A stretch of DNA of 50,120 nt from a virus (taxonomy: Duplodnaviria > Caudoviricetes): IMG/VR virus record IMGVR_UViG_3300033144_001106, positions 1 to 50,120 of that record; one strand, 5' to 3'. The notes under the pieces are model-generated. The model made no database searches and was not told where the DNA came from. It was given only the letters and a program-made list of their open reading frames with translations. This document shows, one piece after another, positions 38,361 through 45,338 of the stretch. The position numbers and the translations under genes were made by a program. The first letter of the stretch is position 1. Every line of letters begins with the position of its first letter.

Positions 38361-38536
38361 GTGCTTCTCCCTTCGGGATCAAAGCGACCCCATGTTTCCC
38401 CATCGGGGAATGTAAATGTATCATCCTCACTCCATAGCTTATTGGAATCTATCAAGTAGATTACCTTAGCTATGAGGTGGAAGTTCTCACGTTCTACGTC
38501 GCCATCGTAATGAATCAAGCTTACCTTCTTGCTCAT
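38357..38536 (-). CDS. Small hypothetical protein (59 aa, MSKKVSLIH...)
   Basis: Translated manually; ATGA overlaps at both ends. Confidence 0.55.
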   Translation of the reverse strand: MSKKVSLIHYDGDVERENFHLIAKVIYLIDSNKLWSEDDTFTFPDGETWGRFDPEGRST

Positions 38537-38940
38537 TGGGTAACAACCTTAATGAAGGTGAGTGGCTGCTTAGTGCATGCAAGGTCAGCGATTGTCTCCA
38601 CTGCTTCGGCAATGTCCTCCGATACCACCTCGAATTCAGCATCCGGCTCCGCTGCCTTTGCTTCGGCCATGTGTAATGCCTCGACAATACTAGCTTCGTC
38701 CAGTCCAAGCTCGATGACTTCTTCGTCATCCTCAACTGCGTCGTCATACTCATCAACCTCACTTACAGGTGCTAGGTTTAGATCGAGCGATGCCAATGCC
38801 AATGGCTTGCCGTCCAGTATGTAAGCACCCGTTGCTATCTCACCGGAAGCAAACTTCTGCACCAAATAGGACATCTTAGCATAAGCAGACATTGTAAAGC
38901 CCGTGTCGTGCCGTTCACCCATTACCATCTTGATTTCCAT
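38533..38940 (-). CDS. Highly acidic early protein
   Basis: Start refined to 38940 (RBS GGAGGA); Glu/Asp-rich. Confidence 0.6.
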   Translation of the reverse strand: MEIKMVMGERHDTGFTMSAYAKMSYLVQKFASGEIATGAYILDGKPLALASLDLNLAPVSEVDEYDDAVEDDEEVIELGLDEASIVEALHMAEAKAAEPDAEFEVVSEDIAEAVETIADLACTKQPLTFIKVVTQ

Positions 38941-39158
38941 CAGTCCTCCTCCTCTCTCGTTCTCCTTCCCTTCGGAAAGGAGAACAGAGAGGAGAGCCAG
39001 CGCCACACCCCAACTAACATGTCTGCACCTACACTATACAGTATAGCTGCTACGAATATGGTAAGCAGCATACCTAAGAACACCATCGTACCTAGCCCGA
39101 TGAATACTATGAGCATCAGTATACCTAGTGCTGCTAGCCACTCAGTTAATCTGTTCAC
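38940..39158 (-). CDS. Small membrane protein
   Basis: Very hydrophobic 72 aa. Confidence 0.55.
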   Translation of the reverse strand: MNRLTEWLAALGILMLIVFIGLGTMVFLGMLLTIFVAAILYSVGADMLVGVWRWLSSLFSFPKGRRTREEED

Positions 39159-39439
39159 TTACGTGCCTCCTGTATAGCGTTGTCAATAGCTACGTTCAGT
39201 GTCTCGTACCATTCAAAGTCTACGTTGTCATGCCGTACTACAGCACATACAAACTCATATACTGTGTCGTATATGTCAGCCTCAACTTGGATCTCATCCA
39301 TTACCTGAGCTACGTCCTCTCCCTTTACTGAGAACAGTACCTCGCTCTGTTCAGTAGCTGCAAGCTCATGTACACATGGTGGTGTACCCTTCGCTTGTTC
39401 AATGTTTCTAGTCATGATCATTGTCCTCCTCTCGGACAT
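39155..39439 (-). CDS. Hypothetical early protein
   Basis: ORF in a tightly packed - strand operon. Confidence 0.55.
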   Translation of the reverse strand: MSERRTMIMTRNIEQAKGTPPCVHELAATEQSEVLFSVKGEDVAQVMDEIQVEADIYDTVYEFVCAVVRHDNVDFEWYETLNVAIDNAIQEARK

Positions 39440-39617
39440 ATCCTACACCCATACAATCCTTCCATCTGTCAGTCCCATCGTTGTAATAGACGGTACACTT
39501 AGCAGGTAAGGGTTGCCTATGATCTACTCTCTTCTCTTGTTCTATGCTATAGATATAACAAGAAGATACCACCTTAAGGGTGGTATAGAGTAGTACTGCT
39601 ATGATTATTAGTCGCAT
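39408..39617 (-). CDS. Small exported/membrane protein
   Basis: N-terminal hydrophobic segment; C...W..CMGV. Confidence 0.55.
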   Translation of the reverse strand: MRLIIIAVLLYTTLKVVSSCYIYSIEQEKRVDHRQPLPAKCTVYYNDGTDRWKDCMGVGYVREEDNDHD

Positions 39618-39826
39618 GTCTCCCTCTTCGTTACCTCGTACCCTGCTATGAGTACGATGTTGTCAATGCCAGTAGCTATGTGTACTAGCTTGTCACCATG
39701 TGTAGTATGACGAGTACATACATAGGCGGTATCAAATGAGCCACCACAACCAGTGGTTGTCTCAATCCCTAGCTCACCGAGGTCATACTTCTCACGCTTA
39801 TAGTGCTTGATCAGAAGGTCACTCAT
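39608..39826 (-). CDS. Hypothetical early protein
   Basis: Coupled ORF. Confidence 0.5.
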   Translation of the reverse strand: MSDLLIKHYKREKYDLGELGIETTTGCGGSFDTAYVCTRHTTHGDKLVHIATGIDNIVLIAGYEVTKRETCD

Positions 39827-40044
39827 GGCTCTTGCCCGTAGTCTACGATGAACCAGTCAGGGTCTATGCGTGTGCCGTTGTTGACCTTCCACTTAGTAGG
39901 TGCTCGTCGCCACTTACCGGGCTGTCGTTCTATGCTCTGCCTCTTGGCAAACTTACGCATAGCTGACTCGAAGTTGACACCATACCCTGTTATCTCACCG
40001 TGCTTGGCACTGTTGTCAAACATGCCATCATATAAGCGCTTCAT
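39823..40044 (-). CDS. Hypothetical early protein
   Basis: Coupled ORF (ATGA overlaps). Confidence 0.55.
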   Translation of the reverse strand: MKRLYDGMFDNSAKHGEITGYGVNFESAMRKFAKRQSIERQPGKWRRAPTKWKVNNGTRIDPDWFIVDYGQEP

Positions 40045-40235
40045 GGTATCAAGTCCTTAGCTATGTTGACGACGTTATCATGTCCCATGTGTGGTTCCAT
40101 GTCCTCATCCACATAACGGTAGCCTAGTGTATGCAGTGCCATCAAGCGTTTAGCTAGGAGCATGGAGTTGTGTGCCTCATGCTCTAGTTCCATGATCTTA
40201 TCTACGATGATGATTGCTCCCTCTGGGGTACTCAT
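40041..40235 (-). CDS. Hypothetical early protein
   Basis: Start refined to 40235 after GGAGG. Confidence 0.55.
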   Translation of the reverse strand: MSTPEGAIIIVDKIMELEHEAHNSMLLAKRLMALHTLGYRYVDEDMEPHMGHDNVVNIAKDLIP

Positions 40236-40417
40236 GTCACTGCCTCCAAACAGGAGAGCCAAAGTTTATCCTCAGTAATAGGATACCCATTAAGCTCTGC
40301 TCTCATATGTACCATGCACTGTTCGATCTCATACTCTTGTGTCGTTTGGTGGACACGGTATGATAAGCCGGTAATAGAGAGTGCTATGCAGCACAAAGCT
40401 ACGCTTATAAGATTCAC
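40232..40417 (-). CDS. Small exported/membrane protein
   Basis: Signal-like N-terminus. Confidence 0.5.
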   Translation of the reverse strand: MNLISVALCCIALSITGLSYRVHQTTQEYEIEQCMVHMRAELNGYPITEDKLWLSCLEAVT

Positions 40418-40623
40418 AGGTCACACCATCTACGTTGGGGGAAGTAAACAAAGCGGCAGCCTTGCTTAGCTAGCTTGTCCTTGTTTGCAATAGACTCACC
40501 TAAGGTGAACCGCATCACATCATTCAACCCATTAAGGGTGGTCGCCTTCGGCGTACGTGTGATGGTAGTCCACCCATCGGTGGTCTTATAGGCATTACGT
40601 GCCTCGCTATATACGATGTACAT
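40414..40623 (-). CDS. Hypothetical early protein
   Basis: Coupled ORF. Confidence 0.5.
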   Translation of the reverse strand: MYIVYSEARNAYKTTDGWTTITRTPKATTLNGLNDVMRFTLGESIANKDKLAKQGCRFVYFPQRRWCDL

Positions 40624-40844
40624 TAGCGTCTTGTTCTGTGGATAGCAGCGTTGAAGCTACTACGATTGAAGCATCGGTTGCCATACAGAGTATGTTCGTA
40701 CCAGATGCCATCATTAGCTAAGCACCATGCTTTGTGCTCTGCTGCATCTTGGGCAGCATAGTACCTTGCCCATTGCTGATCAGTGTTGGGTGTAGTACTA
40801 CACCCCGTCAGTATCAGTGCTATGCCTATCAGTAGGTATCGCAT
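40623..40844 (-). CDS. Small lipoprotein
   Basis: Lipobox LTGC; RBS AGGAG. Confidence 0.65.
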   Translation of the reverse strand: MRYLLIGIALILTGCSTTPNTDQQWARYYAAQDAAEHKAWCLANDGIWYEHTLYGNRCFNRSSFNAAIHRTRR

Positions 40845-40968
40845 TGACTTTCTCCTTACCCTTACGGGTATACTTAGTTCGCACTCTATGTGCCGTCCCT
40901 TTACCGAGGATAGCAGGGCTATGCCCTGTCCTCGGCTTGATCAATCGCTTGCCTTTGCCTTTATCCAT
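40798..40968 (-). CDS. Possible 56-aa basic peptide with ArfA-like motifs
   Basis: Translated manually: MDKGKGKRLIKPRTGHSPAILGKGTAHRVRTKYTRKGKEK...; fills a ~100-nt gap. Confidence 0.4.
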   Translation of the reverse strand: MDKGKGKRLIKPRTGHSPAILGKGTAHRVRTKYTRKGKEKVNAIPTDRHSTDTDGV

Positions 40969-41153
40969 GTTGCACCTACGTCTGTGTACTTGAAGAAGTA
41001 CTGCTTCCTCTTGTACATCACAGTAAACTGTGAGGCTAGTGCATCACGCACCTTAACATCATGCCACTCCGCCTCGGTATCATACATGTCAGTGTCAACA
41101 CTGACCTTGTCGCCTCTCTTAATAGGCGTGTACCCCTTGTACTTGAAGTTCAT
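40941..41153 (-). CDS. Hypothetical early protein
   Basis: RBS AGGAG. Confidence 0.6.
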   Translation of the reverse strand: MNFKYKGYTPIKRGDKVSVDTDMYDTEAEWHDVKVRDALASQFTVMYKRKQYFFKYTDVGATWIKAKASD

Positions 41154-41168
41154 GATGCTCTCCTTCGG

Positions 41169-41540
41169 TTAGAATTGTGACAAGCTAAGGTATATAGGCT
41201 TGTCGTGATTGAACTTGGTGTGTACCCACAAGTCTAGCTCGTACTCCCACTCACTGAACCCATCCAGTTCAGTGGTACACAGTAGCTTGTCACTGATGTG
41301 GTAGTATGGGTCGCTACAGCTATGCCCATCTTGGGAGTACTGTAGCTCGTAGTAGTCAGACCCTCTGGGTCTGCGGTCAGTGAACTCAAGTACGATGTCA
41401 TCCGTACCCTTGAGGTGGAACAGTCTTGCAACACCCCGACTGCATAGACATGAGCTATACAGTGCCTTCATCCCCTTTATCTTATAAGGGACTGAGTGGT
41501 AGTCACCCCATCGGTGCTTGAAGCGTAGCTTCTCGTTCAT
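41169..41540 (-). CDS. Hypothetical early protein
   Basis: Start refined to 41540 (ATGA overlap). Confidence 0.55.
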   Translation of the reverse strand: MNEKLRFKHRWGDYHSVPYKIKGMKALYSSCLCSRGVARLFHLKGTDDIVLEFTDRRPRGSDYYELQYSQDGHSCSDPYYHISDKLLCTTELDGFSEWEYELDLWVHTKFNHDKPIYLSLSQF

Positions 41541-41749
41541 ACGTACCCCACTTTTGCACCCCTGTGCCATAAGACCTTGCCTTCAGGCCGCTTAGTTTTA
41601 CGACGGTAAACGTCGCACTGATGTACCATAACGGTACGTTCTATCCTCTTCGGACAGTCCATAGTAGCCTTGTCAAACAGCCACGAATCTATCGTGCGCT
41701 TGACAGTAGGCACTGCTACTGAGTGCCGAACCCAATCACGCTTGTTCAT
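41537..41749 (-). CDS. Small basic early protein
   Basis: RBS GAGG. Confidence 0.5.
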   Translation of the reverse strand: MNKRDWVRHSVAVPTVKRTIDSWLFDKATMDCPKRIERTVMVHQCDVYRRKTKRPEGKVLWHRGAKVGYV

Positions 41750-41791
41750 ACTTTGCCCTCGTTCTATGATTAAATAGGGGGACTCACGCCC

Positions 41792-42109
41792 TTAATAGCC
41801 AGTCCTCTACACCTAAGTAGCGAGCATAGATGCAGCATCCCTTGTACTGAGCAAGCTCTAAGCCGCCCAACACTAATAGGTAACGCCTTGTCCCACCCCA
41901 CTAGCATGAGGCTACGAATGTACTAGCAAAACTGTTGGACAAGACGCGGTAATGTGTGCGCCCTACCTAGTAGCAACTCCGTGCTACTAGGTGTGACGAC
42001 TCGGCTCAAGACATACCGTATAGCTATACGCTACGCTCGCCATTAACTCTTAAAGGTTAATGACTGTAGTTGCTACGGGATCTCAAGTTAGCTTGAGCTT
42101 GGCTATTAA
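41792..42109 (-). ncRNA. Candidate structured non-coding RNA (unclassified)
   Basis: Nested long-range helices with G-U pairs that work on the - strand only; no long ORF in 41750-42280. Confidence 0.55.
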
Positions 42110-42233
42110 CGTGCGGGGTACAACCCATGCCTAAGCACGTATAACTAGGAGGTCACGGTCTTACTACGTAAGATGCCCCGGACAGCACCGTGCCATAACG
42201 CTAGGCACACGGACGTAGTGGAGAACAGCCACT

Positions 42234-42262
42234 AAAAGAGGACACTCCAAAGGAGTGCCCTC
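42234..42262 (-). terminator. Intrinsic terminator-like hairpin
   Basis: GAGGGCACTCC-TTT-GGAGTGTCCTC-TTTT on - strand just after stop at 42280. Confidence 0.65.
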
Positions 42263-42279
42263 GATAGTAGCCCTATTAT

Positions 42280-42621
42280 CTAGGGTTGGAAGGAGCCAAC
42301 GGCTCCCTTGCATGAGGCTTGCTTCGCAACAACCTCATCGAACCTGCTTCGCAGGGCATAAGCTAGCTTAGTTTCGCCAGCCTTATTACGTCGTGCATAA
42401 AGCACAACCTCTTCGCCCTTATTGGTCGCATGTTCTGCGGCCTTGACGGTCATGTGAGCGAGGTAGGCCTCGTCCACTTGAACAGCCCCTTCGGGGGTAG
42501 CTGGTGCTGCTATTGCAGCGGGAGCAGCTACTGCATTAGCAGTAAGTGCCGTAATCAGGCGGTCAAAGCCTGAGTCAAGGGCATCAAGGATGTCCTTATT
42601 GCTCGTTCGTGCTGTACCCAT
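42280..42621 (-). CDS. Early protein with Ala/Pro linker
   Basis: 113 aa, RBS AAGGAG, followed by terminator. Confidence 0.7.
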   Translation of the reverse strand: MGTARTSNKDILDALDSGFDRLITALTANAVAAPAAIAAPATPEGAVQVDEAYLAHMTVKAAEHATNKGEEVVLYARRNKAGETKLAYALRSRFDEVVAKQASCKGAVGSFQP

Positions 42622-42997
42622 GTTGGTACTCCTTCGGCATGTTGCCGTTGTCTTGCATTATGGGGGTACGTCCATCGCACCCCACTCACTTCGTTCGTGG
42701 GGTGCTATGGACGACCAACACCTTCGGTGTTGTTTTCTTGCCACACTTCAGCACCTTCGGTGCTGGTGCTCACTGTCCACCCTATTAGCATAGCTAATAG
42801 GAAGATGCAAGCTAACTCAATCAACTCAGCACCTATGGTGCTGTTCTGTTGCCTTGTATACCCGCGCATCTAACTCTCCTTCGGGGCATAGCCCCGATAG
42901 TGCCGACGATTCCTCAAGTACCTAGCCTTAAGGCTAGATACTACGTGAGGTGCATAACCTACTAGCATAGCTAGTAGGACGAGTGCTTGAAGGTCGT

Positions 42998-43351
42998 TCA
43001 TGCTGCTACTCCTTTGGAGTCCCAAGCTGCGCCGCTAATTGGCGGCAAGTCCAGTGATACCAGAGGTATCTCTGTGTCGTAGTCATCAGGCACATAGTAC
43101 GCTGCCCTTACCCGAAGGGAACCTTCGGGATTCCAGTATCCCGTCAGGCTTTCAGCCTGTAACGGTGTGTCATTGTCTATGACAATGCCGAAGCGCCACA
43201 TGGCATCCCAAAGGTGTTCACTTGTAGTGAACCCGACGAGCCACTCGATTTCCTCCATCAGAGATGGAGTGTACCCAATGTCTGCCATGTCAAGGCCAAA
43301 GGCCTTATATATCATGTCCAGCTCCGCTGGACTCAGGCTATCAGCTAGCAT
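42998..43351 (-). CDS. Acidic early protein
   Basis: 117 aa, RBS AAAGGAG. Confidence 0.6.
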   Translation of the reverse strand: MLADSLSPAELDMIYKAFGLDMADIGYTPSLMEEIEWLVGFTTSEHLWDAMWRFGIVIDNDTPLQAESLTGYWNPEGSLRVRAAYYVPDDYDTEIPLVSLDLPPISGAAWDSKGVAA

Positions 43352-43532
43352 CGTTGCTCTCCTTTAGTAGCGTAGCTACTATGATTTCGTCCATGATTGC
43401 TATGCAATCGTCGTAGGTGATGACTCGTTCACATTCGATGCAATGTCCAGAGGACATCAGGTAATCACCACATCCAGAGCAAAGCTCAGGATGTATGTGA
43501 TCGGCAGAGCCGATGTGGTTGATATCGTCCAT
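43341..43532 (-). CDS. Small zinc-finger early protein
   Basis: CSGC...CIEC; start refined to 43532 after AGGAG. Confidence 0.6.
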   Translation of the reverse strand: MDDINHIGSADHIHPELCSGCGDYLMSSGHCIECERVITYDDCIAIMDEIIVATLLKESNDAS

Positions 43533-43542
43533 GTCAAATCTC

Positions 43543-43767
43543 CTAACAGTCGTAGACTGTGTCGTTGAGCCTAAGCTCCGCTTCACCGTCGAAGCTGTGC
43601 CAACTACGTTGGCGGCCAATCTCAGGGTTCCAATCCAGCTCCGCTGGACTAGCACCTAGTTGCGAATCATCTTCGATGTGCCGTTCTACTTCCTCAGCTA
43701 CGCTGAGTCCCCAAGCTTCAACGTAACCGAGGTTAGCGAAGCTAAAATACATGATCAAATTTGGCAT
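43543..43767 (-). CDS. First early gene, acidic hypothetical protein
   Basis: Start refined to 43767 after GGAG, downstream of sigma70 promoter. Confidence 0.55.
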   Translation of the reverse strand: MPNLIMYFSFANLGYVEAWGLSVAEEVERHIEDDSQLGASPAELDWNPEIGRQRSWHSFDGEAELRLNDTVYDC

Positions 43768-43862
43768 CGGTGTTCTCCATAGGTTGAGGAGGGGGATATG
43801 CCCTTTCCTCACTCCGTGAGGGAAAGGGCTATCCCCTCTCCATCTCAGCACAGCAGACCAAG

Positions 43863-43891
43863 AGTATACTCTTGGTACGTACATGTGTCAA
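43863..43891 (-). promoter_or_regulatory. Sigma70-type early promoter
   Basis: TTGACA-17 nt-TATACT on the - strand at the head of the early arm. Confidence 0.85.
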
Positions 43892-44462
43892 GCGTAGGCG
43901 CTACGCGGCGCACACAGATCCTTAAGCTATGCTTAAGGTTATGTAAGGGTTAAATTGTACAGAGTGGAAAGAAAAACAAAGACCTATGGTCTTTGGTTAA
44001 GGGGGAAATTGGTTTGCATAATCAGTGAATGAGAATCACTTACACGTTATGTAACACCACATATGGGGAAGTTAGACCATATAAGGTCGATATGACATAA
44101 GGGGGGGCGGGGGTTTACGGGCGCTTCCCTTACAGGGAAAGCCAAGGTAAATAAATCTCGGAGAAATGTTAGAACCCTCCAGCCCTTTGGTACCAGTCGA
44201 TGTTCAATCGAATGGAACTTTCTTCCATAATAACTGTCTTAAACATAAAAGCACTGATAGTTCTATACACTCCTACAGAGTGTTAAGAGTAAAAAGACCT
44301 GTTTATGCGGAGAACTACTCTATATATTAGCTAAAGCTAATATGATAGAATCATAGTAAATAACTGACAATTTCGGTAATTAGAGCCCCTAGCGGGGCCA
44401 CAATACAACCCCTCACACAGTTGAAGCTGCCAATGAGGGGTTTACTTCCTGCGCGAGACCCT

Positions 44463-44735
44463 ATGTCAACAAAAGGAAAGGCACTGATAGCACAAGGCCG
44501 GACTCTGGCACACCAGAGCCGTAGCTCCAAGGTGTTATCCAACAAATCCAAGCTCAAAGCCGGACAAGCATCAGCCAAGAGGCTTATAGCTGGAACGAGA
44601 GCAAACGCTAAAGAACTCGAGCAGAAGATGGCTAAAGAACGCGCTGGGCGCGACAAAGCTGTCAACAAGAGCTCGAGTCAAGGAGGACGGGTGCTCAAGA
44701 GCGCCAAAAGGATCCTCAATGCGCTGACATCATGA
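44463..44735 (+). CDS. Small very basic protein
   Basis: Lys/Arg/Ala/Ser-rich; ATG at 44463. Confidence 0.5.
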   Translation: MSTKGKALIAQGRTLAHQSRSSKVLSNKSKLKAGQASAKRLIAGTRANAKELEQKMAKERAGRDKAVNKSSSQGGRVLKSAKRILNALTS

Positions 44736-44744
44736 AGACATCAC

Positions 44745-45338
44745 TTGAGTAGTTCTTCAGCAGCCCCCGTAGGGGGCTTAGCGACTGCACCTGCAAGCAG
44801 TCCACAGATTGCACTAAGCGGGGACATCTTCGAGTCCTTCAAGGACACGCAAGGCCGGTTCCGGACTAAGTCTTTGTTCATTGAGACCCCTCATGGCTCG
44901 TACCCCGCTTTCTTTACAACGAAGTCTTACGATTTCACTAAGAATGGTAAGACGTACTTCAGTTTATACCGCAAGTACATGGAAATAAGTGATCCTACAG
45001 AATATCAGGTGGCGATTCAACTCTTTGGCTCTTGGGAGCACTGGGTGCTCATCACTAAGAGCAAATGGTTCACACAACTCATTACCCCGTGGCGCTTAGA
45101 GCTCCAAGTCAAGATGGAGAGCACTAGGTACCACGAGATGAAAGGACACATAGCAAATGACCCCGGATCCCCTTCAGCTATCCAAGCATCTAAATGGCTT
45201 GCAGCGCGATATGGCGAAAGTGAAACAGTCAAGAGGGGTCGTCCGACTAAGGCTGAGAAAGAAGGCCATCTCAAACGAGTCACAGCGGCAGAGAAAGAAC
45301 TAGAGGAAGATATGCTACGAATCGGTATGGTTAAGTAA
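44745..45338 (+). CDS. Putative terminase small subunit
   Basis: GRFRT.SLF, DPTEY..A...G.W.HW, WR.EL, RGRP.K motifs; upstream of terL; start uncertain. Confidence 0.55.
   Translation: MSSSSAAPVGGLATAPASSPQIALSGDIFESFKDTQGRFRTKSLFIETPHGSYPAFFTTKSYDFTKNGKTYFSLYRKYMEISDPTEYQVAIQLFGSWEHWVLITKSKWFTQLITPWRLELQVKMESTRYHEMKGHIANDPGSPSAIQASKWLAARYGESETVKRGRPTKAEKEGHLKRVTAAEKELEEDMLRIGMVK

Larger units (their letters stand above)
42669..43995. repeat. Dense array of short inverted repeats with C-(G/A)DA-G triloops
   Basis: About 30 stems of 4-9 bp, mostly perfect, read directly from the sequence; see findings. Confidence 0.9.

Noticed and set aside
41760-42200. tmRNA, RNase P or group I intron
   Set aside because: No acceptor stem with CCA end or convincing tag ORF, no GAGGAAAGUCC/P4, no P7 R/S elements found.
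42716-42765. RNA cUUCGg tetraloop hairpins on the + strand
   Set aside because: The pairing register gives a 3-nt TTC loop (GAA on the - strand), not C-UUCG-G.
42669-43000. CRISPR array
   Set aside because: Stems differ in sequence and there is no constant repeat with regular spacers; the Cas4-like gene is a typical stand-alone phage exonuclease.
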